Shown: positions 47,537-55,952 of the stretch, piece after piece
Numbering within the stretch: position 1 is the first letter of the stretch
Layout: each line of letters begins with the position of its first letter
Source of the DNA: an uncultured Desulfobacterales bacterium
Lineage (GTDB): Bacteria > Desulfobacterota > Desulfobacteria > Desulfobacterales > B30-G6
DNA length: 64,000 bases
Reading direction: 5' to 3'
NCBI GenBank assembly: GCA_964633115.1
Contig: CAZWEO010000004.1
Span: 276-64,275 of the forward strand
The notes under the pieces: generated by a model
What the model was told of the DNA's origin: nothing
Seen by the model: only the letters and a program-made list of their open reading frames with translations
Database searches by the model: none
Made by a program: the position numbers and the translations under genes

Positions 47537-49135
47537 ATGCATATGTATTCCAACAAACACCTCACCCGCCGGCGTTTTCTAAAAATTATGGCCATGGCCG
47601 GTGCCACGGCTGCTGTCCAGTGGCATAGTATTGAAACCCTGGCAGCATCACTGCCCACAAATAAGAAGCATCCGGTTGTAGTTATCGGATCCGGACTGGG
47701 CGGCCTGATCTCGGCCGCCTACTTGGCGCAAAACGGTTTCCCGGTGACTCTCATGGAAAAACATGATCGCCCCGGGGGCTACGCTACATCGTTTGATAGG
47801 GCCGCGGGCAAATTTACTTTCGAAGTGTCATTGCATGCAACCGTGACCGAAAATGCCATGCCCCAAAAAATACTGACTGAATTGGGCTTATGGCAGGACC
47901 TCGACCTCGTGGATACACCCGAATTTTGCCGCATTGTTCACCCTGATTTCGATTTGACCCTGCCGGCAGGAGACCCGGATGCCTATGTTGATCGGCTGGC
48001 AACGGTGTTCCCAAAAGAAAAAGACGGCATCAGCGCCTTTATGGAAGATATGCAAGCGGTACAGGCCGAAATGCGCGGTCGTTTTGGCAAGGAATCGGTC
48101 ATGGACCGCCTCGAAACGCTAAGCCTTTCCCAGTGGCTGCAAATGCGCACCCGGGACAAACAACTCCGGCACCTCCTTTCCACCCTATGGGGCTACTATG
48201 GACAGCCTCCCTCGCACATGAACGCCCTCTATTTTGCCATCGCCACCGGTGAATATATTTTACAAGGCGGACAATATTATAAAACCCGCTCCCAGGATCT
48301 CAGTGACCTGCTCACGCAATCGGTGGTTCAGAACGGCGGCGAAATTCTGATGAATACCGCAGCGATCCGAATTGGTATTCACGATGACCGGGTGGCCTGG
48401 GTCGAAGACGCCGAAGGAATTAGGCATACAGCCCGAAGCATCGTGGCCAATACCAGCGTCCCTGACGTGCTGGGAAAATTGCTGCCCACAGCGTCGATGC
48501 CTTCTCACTATGTTGAAAAGATGGGGGCCTTGTCGCCATCGGTCTCCTCCAGCATTGTCTGGCTGGGTCTCAACCAGGAACTGCGCGGCCGGATTCCCGG
48601 ATATGAAATCGTGGTCAGCGACAACCTTGATCCGGAAGTCGAGTACCAAAATATTCTGGTCGGCAATTTTAAAAAAAACGGCCTGGGCGTCACCCTGTAC
48701 GACAACCTTTTTGAAGGCTATTCCAGGCCCGGGACAAGTACAATGTCCATTATGACCCTATGCGGGTATGCACCTTGGAAGCCATTTGAGGCGGATTACA
48801 TTGCCGGCCGCAAATCAGCCTATAACCGGACCAAAAATGAAATGGCCGATCTCTTTGTAAAAAGGGTCGAAGACCGGCTGATACCCGGTCTGGGAGACAT
48901 GATCGAGGTTATGGACACAGCCACCCCCCTCACCAATTGGTATTATACAGGCAACCCCCAGGGCGCCATTTACGGTTTTTCGCGGCCGCTTGAGCAGTTG
49001 CGGGCGCTCGATGTGCGTACGCCCCTCAAGGGGCTCTACTGGGCCAGCGCCTGGTCCCATGGCGGCGGCTACACGCCGGCCATGATGGCCGGCCGACAAG
49101 CTGCGGAGGCTCTGGTGACGGACGCCGGTGGCTGA
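47537..49135 (+). CDS. FAD/NAD(P)-dependent oxidoreductase of the phytoene-desaturase (CrtI-like) family, with a Tat signal
   Basis: RRRFLKIMAMAGATAA is a twin-arginine signal. VVVIGSGLGGLISAAYLAQNG is a dinucleotide-binding fold. Confidence 0.8.
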   Translation: MHMYSNKHLTRRRFLKIMAMAGATAAVQWHSIETLAASLPTNKKHPVVVIGSGLGGLISAAYLAQNGFPVTLMEKHDRPGGYATSFDRAAGKFTFEVSLHATVTENAMPQKILTELGLWQDLDLVDTPEFCRIVHPDFDLTLPAGDPDAYVDRLATVFPKEKDGISAFMEDMQAVQAEMRGRFGKESVMDRLETLSLSQWLQMRTRDKQLRHLLSTLWGYYGQPPSHMNALYFAIATGEYILQGGQYYKTRSQDLSDLLTQSVVQNGGEILMNTAAIRIGIHDDRVAWVEDAEGIRHTARSIVANTSVPDVLGKLLPTASMPSHYVEKMGALSPSVSSSIVWLGLNQELRGRIPGYEIVVSDNLDPEVEYQNILVGNFKKNGLGVTLYDNLFEGYSRPGTSTMSIMTLCGYAPWKPFEADYIAGRKSAYNRTKNEMADLFVKRVEDRLIPGLGDMIEVMDTATPLTNWYYTGNPQGAIYGFSRPLEQLRALDVRTPLKGLYWASAWSHGGGYTPAMMAGRQAAEALVTDAGG

Positions 49136-49224
49136 CACCGGTAACCGAAGCCGATTTACAGTGTTGACATAGATGCGGAATTATTCGAAAAATAAAGACA
49201 GAAATCAAAATAAGTGTATCTCCT

Positions 49225-50280
49225 ATGACCAATTTCCGCCAAAAAACATTTATGCGTCGGTTCTTACTGGTCGCTTTTTTCAACACCCTTATCGCCGTCT
49301 TTATCACCTTGACGGATTTCACCGGGGAGGGTATTGGTGAAAACTTTGTATTTTCCCAATGCATCGGCCTGTCGATTTTCACTCCCGTACATTTCATAAT
49401 CTACCGGTTTCAAAATGCCAGTTCCCTGCGGCTGTCCGCACTGGTATTGGCCGCCATGGTCGCCGCTATTTTGGTGGGCACATCTTTGGCAATATTTATA
49501 ACCGGCACCGACGCCATGGCATTCATACGCAACAGCGACAAACTGATGCGTACCCTGTTTATAAGCCTCGTATTCGGCTTCATCATTACCTACTTTTTTA
49601 TCTATAGAATGAAAATCGCTGATGCTGAGAATCTTGCCAAAGAAGAAAAAACCCGGCGCCTGATCAGCGAAAAAAGTGCCGCCGAAGCCCAAATCAGACA
49701 GCTCCAGGCTCAAATTGAGCCGCATTTCTTGTTTAATACCCTTTCAAATGTCCTCATACTCCTGGACACCGAGCCCCAAAAAGGGAAAACCATGCTGGAA
49801 GATTTTATCCGCTACCTCCGGTTGTCCCTTGCTAAAATTCGTGAGAACATGACGACTATAGGCTTGGAAATGAAACTGATTCAAGCCTATCTCGATCTTC
49901 ACCGTGTGCGTATGGGAGAGCGGCTCACGTATCATATTGACCTGCCAGAAAATCTGACTGGGATCAATTTGCCACCCATGCTTCTGCAGCCCCTGGTGGA
50001 AAATGCGCTCAAACATGGTCTAGAACCTAAAATTGAAGGCGGGGAAATAGCCATTCGTACCTCAAAATCAGACGACCTGGTTCGCATCGAAATTCGTGAT
50101 ACCGGGCTGGGTTTTGCGCCGGGCGGCACGTCCGGATTGGGTCTGACCAATATCAGGGAGCGGTTGCAGACCCTATTTAATGACAACGCCCGACTGATCC
50201 TGGAATCACCCGAGAGCGGTGGCGCAAAAGCTATTCTGGAGGTGCCTGATGTCAGTTCTCCGAGCCGTCATCGCCGATGA
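49225..50280 (+). CDS. LytS/YehU-type sensor histidine kinase
   Basis: Four to five N-terminal TM helices. IEPHFLFNTLSNV is the His_kinase motif. A C-terminal HATPase follows (LLQPLVENALKHG, DTGLGF, GLGLTN). Confidence 0.85.
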   Translation: MTNFRQKTFMRRFLLVAFFNTLIAVFITLTDFTGEGIGENFVFSQCIGLSIFTPVHFIIYRFQNASSLRLSALVLAAMVAAILVGTSLAIFITGTDAMAFIRNSDKLMRTLFISLVFGFIITYFFIYRMKIADAENLAKEEKTRRLISEKSAAEAQIRQLQAQIEPHFLFNTLSNVLILLDTEPQKGKTMLEDFIRYLRLSLAKIRENMTTIGLEMKLIQAYLDLHRVRMGERLTYHIDLPENLTGINLPPMLLQPLVENALKHGLEPKIEGGEIAIRTSKSDDLVRIEIRDTGLGFAPGGTSGLGLTNIRERLQTLFNDNARLILESPESGGAKAILEVPDVSSPSRHRR

Positions 50281-51016
50281 CGAAGCTCCCCTGCGGCTTC
50301 ATCTCCGGTCGCAGCTAGAAAAAACATGGCCGCAACTGGAAATCTGCGCAGAAGCCGAGAACGGCCAGCAGGCCCTTCAGGCCATTGAAAAAAGCCAGCC
50401 GGATATCGCCTTTCTGGATATCAAAATGCCCGGATTTTCCGGCCTGGAGGTTGCCGCTAAAATTCGTACCGCGTGTCTCGTGGTCTTTGTGACAGCCTAT
50501 GACACTTTCGCCATAGAGGCTTTCGAGAATGCCGCCGTGGATTATCTCCTCAAGCCGGTCAGCCTAGACCGCCTGACACTAACGGTTAAACGTCTGCAGG
50601 GTCACCTGGCACAAACGGACAGATCCCCGGGCGGGATACAGCGCATCGCTAAGGATTTGATGGCAGCCCTGGACGCCGAACCCGCAGACGACTACCTTAA
50701 ATGGGTCACGGCCCGTGAGGGTGATGAAATCCAAATGATTCCGGTTGCGGACATTTACTATTTCAAGGCCGAAGATAAATACACTGTAGTCAAAACCCAG
50801 GATAGGGAATACCTGATACGCATCAGCATCAGCCGGCTGGAAAAAACCCTTGATCCGGAGTTGTTCTGGCGAGTGCATCGCGGCACCATCGTTAATATCA
50901 ATCGTATCGCCAAGGTGTACCGTTCCCTGGCAGGGCGCCTGGACATTACGTTGGATGGAGTGCCGGACAAATTGCGCGTCAGCCGGACATATGCCCATTT
51001 ATTCAAGCAAATGTAG
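50249..51016 (+). CDS. LytTR-family response regulator
   Basis: Receiver domain (VIADDE...DIAFLDIKMPGFSG) plus a LytTR DNA-binding domain (YYFKAEDKYTVVKT...HRGTIVN). The ATG at 50249 overlaps the kinase gene end. Confidence 0.85.
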   Translation: MSVLRAVIADDEAPLRLHLRSQLEKTWPQLEICAEAENGQQALQAIEKSQPDIAFLDIKMPGFSGLEVAAKIRTACLVVFVTAYDTFAIEAFENAAVDYLLKPVSLDRLTLTVKRLQGHLAQTDRSPGGIQRIAKDLMAALDAEPADDYLKWVTAREGDEIQMIPVADIYYFKAEDKYTVVKTQDREYLIRISISRLEKTLDPELFWRVHRGTIVNINRIAKVYRSLAGRLDITLDGVPDKLRVSRTYAHLFKQM

Positions 51017-51094
51017 CCCTCAAAAGGGCGTTTAGAATGGCACAATGTTCCATAAAAGTCTAGATTTTTTGTTGATGAAATCAACACCATCGCG

Positions 51095-51190
51095 GTTGTC
51101 ATAATCTCACATAAATCTGGACCATTAAGTAAAAAAGCTTTACTTATTTAAACGAATCTCAATCGGAACATTTATGACAACCGGTATTAA
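51095..51190 (+). repeat. Intergenic repeat, copy 2
   Basis: GTTGTCATAATCTCACATAAATCTGGACCATTAAGTAAAAAAGCTTTACTTATTTAAACGAATCTCAATCGGAACA...CAACCGGTATTAA. It ends 3 nt before the ATG at 51194. Confidence 0.8.
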
Positions 51191-51193
51191 GGC

Positions 51194-52921
51194 ATGCAGA
51201 GCAATCAAGATTTAAAAACCCACCTGAACCGGATCGACGGCCGCGGCTACAAGGCTTACAAGCAGATCAAGGGCGAGTATGAATTCGCTGCTTTCACCCT
51301 CATTATAGATCATGTCCAAGGAGATCCTTTTGCCGCGCCTTCCCGGATCCGGGTACGGATTAAGCGAACCGCTTCCGGTTTTGATTCCGCGCTCTCAATA
51401 AATAAAAGCCGAATTATCGGGTTGTGCGATTATCTAACCCGCATTTTTTTCCAAAACTGCCGAAAGTACTCCCGGGGCAACCGCGGCACCGGAAAAAGCG
51501 GCTTGATCACCATTGACCCTCCCAATCAGGAAATTCTGGAATCAACGGCCATGAAGGTGACCGATCAGGTTGTTGAGGCCCGATTTTTTATGGGGCTGCC
51601 GGCTCAAGGGCGCCGGATACTGGGCCGGGATGCTGCGGCCATGTTTTTTGGCGAACTACCCCAAATCGTAAAGCATTCGCTATTTTTCAATGCCCTCAAC
51701 CCGAATATGCTTAAATCCCATGTTGAGGCGGCCGAGGATGCCGACCAATTAAGAAGTCTTTTGTCCGAATTAAACCTCATAGGTTTTGTGGCCAATGATT
51801 CCCTGCTGCCGCGTGTCAGCGGCATCGATCCTGCGCCCCTGGATAACGATTTGGCTGTTCGATTTCAATCACCCCCACGTTTGCAAACTGAAATTGTACT
51901 GCCCAATAGCGGATCTGTTTATGGCATGGGTATCCCCAAGGGCGTAACCCTTATCGTGGGGGGTGGCTATCACGGCAAGACTACCTTGCTGAATGCCTTG
52001 GAGTTGGGAATATACAACCATATTCCTGGTGATGGACGCGAACTTGTAGTTACTTTGCCGGAAAGCGTTAAAATACGAGCAGCCGATGGCCGCAGCATTG
52101 AAAAGGCAGACATATCCGCCTTTATCAACAACCTGCCCTTTGAAAAAAATACGCATACTTTTTCAACTCAAAACGCCAGCGGCAGCACTTCCCAGGCTGC
52201 CAACATTTCAGAGGCTTTGGAGGCCGGGGCTCGCGTATTGTTGTTGGACGAGGACACTTCGGCCACTAACTTTATGATCCGGGATCATCGCATGCAAATG
52301 CTGGTGGAAAAGGATCAAGAGCCCATCACGCCTTTTGTCGACAGGGTGCGGCAACTTTATGATCAACAGGGCGTTTCCACGGTTATGGTTATGGGCGGAT
52401 CGGGCGACTATTTTGCTGAAGCCCACCAGGTAATTCAGATGACTAATTATCGACCGCAGGATGTCACAACAAGGGCACATCAGGTTGCTAAAGACCATCC
52501 CACGGGCCGCTTCAAAGAAGGCGGTGAACAATCTAATGAAATAAAAGGGCGCATTCCGCAAGCACAAAGCCTGAATCCCTACCGGGGAAAGCGGTTAAAA
52601 ATAGCAGCCCTTCGGATTGACGAGATCCTATTCGGCTCAACCGTCGTAGATATTAAAGATGTCGAGCAAATCGTGCATCTATCCCAAACCCGAGGCATCG
52701 CCTTGGCCATGCATTATGCGACTCGCTATATGGACGGTCGCCGAAATTTAAAACAAGTGTTGGACCAGGTCATGCAGGACATCGAAATAAAAGGTCTCGA
52801 CGTGCTTTCGCCTCATGTAACCGGGGATATCGCCTGGTTTCGGCCCCTGGAATTGGCCGCAGCCATCAACCGTATGCGCACCTTGAAAGTAACCCAAAAA
52901 AATTATTTAAAGGATATTTAG
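51194..52921 (+). CDS. ABC_ATPase-family protein (predicted ATPase of the ABC class)
   Basis: The LNRIDGRGYKAYKQIKGEYEF..IDHVQGDPFAAPSRIRV N-terminus, GGGYHGKTTLLNAL Walker A and LLLDEDTSATNFM Walker B fit this family. Confidence 0.8.
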   Translation: MQSNQDLKTHLNRIDGRGYKAYKQIKGEYEFAAFTLIIDHVQGDPFAAPSRIRVRIKRTASGFDSALSINKSRIIGLCDYLTRIFFQNCRKYSRGNRGTGKSGLITIDPPNQEILESTAMKVTDQVVEARFFMGLPAQGRRILGRDAAAMFFGELPQIVKHSLFFNALNPNMLKSHVEAAEDADQLRSLLSELNLIGFVANDSLLPRVSGIDPAPLDNDLAVRFQSPPRLQTEIVLPNSGSVYGMGIPKGVTLIVGGGYHGKTTLLNALELGIYNHIPGDGRELVVTLPESVKIRAADGRSIEKADISAFINNLPFEKNTHTFSTQNASGSTSQAANISEALEAGARVLLLDEDTSATNFMIRDHRMQMLVEKDQEPITPFVDRVRQLYDQQGVSTVMVMGGSGDYFAEAHQVIQMTNYRPQDVTTRAHQVAKDHPTGRFKEGGEQSNEIKGRIPQAQSLNPYRGKRLKIAALRIDEILFGSTVVDIKDVEQIVHLSQTRGIALAMHYATRYMDGRRNLKQVLDQVMQDIEIKGLDVLSPHVTGDIAWFRPLELAAAINRMRTLKVTQKNYLKDI

Positions 52922-52953
52922 ACCAAAAACACAATCAAGAGGGGGATGATCAT

Positions 52954-53223
52954 ATGGAGATCAAAGTACAAAAACCAGAGGAAAAGGAAATGGAGAAGCA
53001 GGGCGTCCTCGCTTGGCCCATCTGGGAAAAGGAAGTCTCCCGCTTTGACTGGCATTATGACCAGACAGAGCAATGCTATCTCCTGGCAGGCAGAGTTGTA
53101 GTGGAGACTGAAGACGGTCAAACCGTCGAATTCGGTCAAGGCGACTTCGTAACTTTCCCCCAAGGATTATCCTGCAAGTGGGATATTCAGGAACCGGTGA
53201 GAAAGCATTACAACTTCAGATGA
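52954..53223 (+). CDS. Small cupin (DUF861/cupin_3-like)
   Basis: WPIWEKEVSRFDWHYDQTEQCYLLAGRVVVETEDGQTVEFGQGDFVTFPQGLSCKWDI is a single cupin barrel. Confidence 0.75.
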   Translation: MEIKVQKPEEKEMEKQGVLAWPIWEKEVSRFDWHYDQTEQCYLLAGRVVVETEDGQTVEFGQGDFVTFPQGLSCKWDIQEPVRKHYNFR

Positions 53224-54026
53224 TGCAAGACTCGCAGTTCCGCCAGCTTCTGGATCACTTCAATTATTCCTGGGCCGGTTTTCGCAAGGTCCGCAAGGGC
53301 GCCAAGAAGCGCCTAACGCGCCATATGCAGGCAGTTGGATGTAATGGTGTGGAAGCATATATCGCAGCGATCACAGACAATGCTGACACCCGTCTTGTTT
53401 TTAAACATTGCATGACTGTTTCTATCAGCCGCTTTTTTCGCGACCGGGACCTTTGGGAAATCCTACAAGAACGGGTTTTGCCCAAATTGGCGCAAACTTC
53501 ATCTCAAACCATTAATGTATGGTTTGCCGGGTGCGCTGCCGGTGAAGAAGTTTATAGTTTCAAAATTATTTGGGAACAATTCCGAAATTCACGTTTGCAA
53601 ATACCAGAGCTACAAATTTTGGCGACTGATCTGAATCCGAAAAACCTGCACAGAGCTAAAGCCGCGAATTACCCCAACAGCAGCTTGAGGGAAGTTCCGG
53701 AGAAAATTCGAAAGCACTATTTCGAAAAATATAGTAGGGGTAGATATCGGCTAAGCTCCGATCTTAAAAAAGGAATTGACTGGCGGATTCATGACCTTTT
53801 TTCAGAACCGCCGGGCTGCCGGTTCAATCTTATATTCCTGCGCAACAACCTGCTGACCTATTACCACGACCAAATTAAAATTTCTGCTTTTAAGCAGGTA
53901 ACTAAATCGCTTTTCGCCACTGGCTTTCTGATAATCGGCAGCCATGAAAAACCTCCCATCGAAGGTGAAGATCTTAGGCAATTTGAGGAAAGTCCCTTTA
54001 TTTACCAAAACCAAGTTCCAATTTGA
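53220..54026 (+). CDS. CheR-like SAM-dependent methyltransferase
   Basis: SISRFFRDRDLWEIL and INVWFAGCAAGEEVYSF are CheR motifs. The start overlaps the cupin stop (ATGA). Confidence 0.8.
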   Translation: MMQDSQFRQLLDHFNYSWAGFRKVRKGAKKRLTRHMQAVGCNGVEAYIAAITDNADTRLVFKHCMTVSISRFFRDRDLWEILQERVLPKLAQTSSQTINVWFAGCAAGEEVYSFKIIWEQFRNSRLQIPELQILATDLNPKNLHRAKAANYPNSSLREVPEKIRKHYFEKYSRGRYRLSSDLKKGIDWRIHDLFSEPPGCRFNLIFLRNNLLTYYHDQIKISAFKQVTKSLFATGFLIIGSHEKPPIEGEDLRQFEESPFIYQNQVPI

Positions 54027-54391
54027 GAATCACCGCTATTTTAGTTTAGAATTCTGTTGGAATTAGCTGCTCTGGATACTACGAGAAAAGAATAGTATAT
54101 CCTTCCAATATAATTAAATAAATATATTGTCGGGCCGCTGGTATTCAGCATTAAAAAAGGTCTGTAGTCTTTGACTTCCTAACCAGCATTTGTTATCTGG
54201 GTACCATCGTTGGCAAGGGGAAACTTTTTACGGTTCGATATCCGGCGCTAAAGCAAGTTTTGGCAAATCCTGTTTAACCACATATTCAATCATTTCTCTT
54301 TTACGTGCGATAAAAGTTAGTAAATATGGTATTAGCTTGTTCCGAGAAAATAAATGTAGACTGTATGATAGCGATTAAGCAAAAAAACGAA

Positions 54392-55324
54392 ATGCAATTT
54401 GTAGGTCGATACATTTTTTTACTTATTATCCTTCTATTATTTATTGGATGTTCACAGCACCACGTTAAACCGGAAAATGACGATTTCAACAGCAGCCCCC
54501 AAGTCGTAGACCAGAACACACCTGGCACAGATCCGCTTCAAACCGATCCGGAAACTACAAATATCGCTTTCCAAGACAATGAAGAAGGTTCAATGAATAG
54601 CGGTGTGGACCTTGATACGGCCGATGAGGATTTTGACGAATTCGAAGACGAGTTTGGGGATGTGGTCACCACTGAGGTTTATGATCCTTTAAGCGGGTAC
54701 AACCGGTTTATGACCGGATTCAATGATAAGCTCTATTTCTGGGTACTTAAGCCAGTAGCTACCGGTTATAGCTGGGTCATGCCAGAATTCGCCCGACAGG
54801 GAATCAAAAATTTTTTTAAGAACCTATATTTCCCGGTACGACTCGTCAACAATGTCCTGCAGTTAAAGTTTAAAAACGCGGGCGAGGAAACCTTACGCTT
54901 TGCAACCAATACAACCATCGGTTTGCTGGGTTTATGGGATCCTGCCAAAATTTGGTTTGGCCTGGAAGCCCATCCTGAAGATTTTGGCCAAACGTTCGGT
55001 GTTTGGGGCATTGGTCCGGGACCTCACATCGTCCTGCCCATTTTAGGGCCTTCCAATCTACGCGATTCCATCGGCTTAGCCCCCCAATGGATTTATCTGA
55101 ATCCCGTCAACAACCTTTCCACGGTCTCTGGCTGGGCTGGGTTTGAGGCGGTTGAGGATCTCGAAAAAACTGAAACAAAACTTGGCATCTTGGCATTAGA
55201 GCGCGTCAATAATACCTCACTTCGCCTGGGCGAATACGAAAATCTTAAAAAGGATGCCATCGATTTTTATCCCTTCTTAAGGGATTTATATGAGCAAAAA
55301 AGGCAAAAAGAAATAGAGGAGTAA
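54392..55324 (+). CDS. mlaA: MlaA/VacJ-family lipoprotein
   Basis: Lipobox LLFIGCS. DPLSGYNRFMTGFNDKLYFWVLKPVATGYSWVMPEFARQGIKNFFKNLYFPVRLVNNVLQ is the VacJ core. Confidence 0.8.
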   Translation: MQFVGRYIFLLIILLLFIGCSQHHVKPENDDFNSSPQVVDQNTPGTDPLQTDPETTNIAFQDNEEGSMNSGVDLDTADEDFDEFEDEFGDVVTTEVYDPLSGYNRFMTGFNDKLYFWVLKPVATGYSWVMPEFARQGIKNFFKNLYFPVRLVNNVLQLKFKNAGEETLRFATNTTIGLLGLWDPAKIWFGLEAHPEDFGQTFGVWGIGPGPHIVLPILGPSNLRDSIGLAPQWIYLNPVNNLSTVSGWAGFEAVEDLEKTETKLGILALERVNNTSLRLGEYENLKKDAIDFYPFLRDLYEQKRQKEIEE

Positions 55325-55326
55325 TT

Positions 55327-55932
55327 ATGAGAATTTTGTTACTTTCAGTTATCATCGCACTAGTTATGCCCCAACTAACTTTTGCTGATGAAGCTGCAAC
55401 AGTAAAAAAGAATGCCGAACAAAGAATCAATGCGGTCATCGACCACATCCGAGACAAGAGCCTGGATAAAAAGACCCGTAATGCAGAAATCATTGTGGCC
55501 ATAGCACCCATGTTCGATTTCAGCCAAATGGCCAAATTGAGCATGGGCAAAAAAAACTGGAGTATGATGAACCCGGCTCAAAGACAGGAGTTCAACCAGC
55601 TGTTTGTAATCCGGCTGCAGGAGTCTTATCTTGAAAAACTGGATCTCTATACCGACGAAGATGTGGTTGTGGACCAAGCCAAACTGGTCAAGAAACGCAT
55701 TCACGTGCGTTCTCATTTGGTGGCCAAAGACGACAAAATCGAAATGATTTACAAATTCTACAAGAAAAAAAACCAGGGCTGGAAAGTCTACGATGTCGTA
55801 ATTATGGGGGTTAGTATCGTGCAGACCTATCGCTCCCAATTTGCAGGCATACTTAAAAATGAATCCATTGAAGATCTCTTGAAACGACTGCGCCAGACTG
55901 GTAGATTTACGGTTCCCGCAGGCAAGTATTAG
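55327..55932 (+). CDS. mlaC: MlaC/Ttg2D-family periplasmic lipid-binding protein
   Basis: Signal peptide. FDFSQMAKLSMGKKNWSMMNPAQRQEFNQLFVIRLQESY is the MlaC pattern. Confidence 0.8.
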   Translation: MRILLLSVIIALVMPQLTFADEAATVKKNAEQRINAVIDHIRDKSLDKKTRNAEIIVAIAPMFDFSQMAKLSMGKKNWSMMNPAQRQEFNQLFVIRLQESYLEKLDLYTDEDVVVDQAKLVKKRIHVRSHLVAKDDKIEMIYKFYKKKNQGWKVYDVVIMGVSIVQTYRSQFAGILKNESIEDLLKRLRQTGRFTVPAGKY

Positions 55933-55952
55933 AAACGGCTATGTGATCTATC

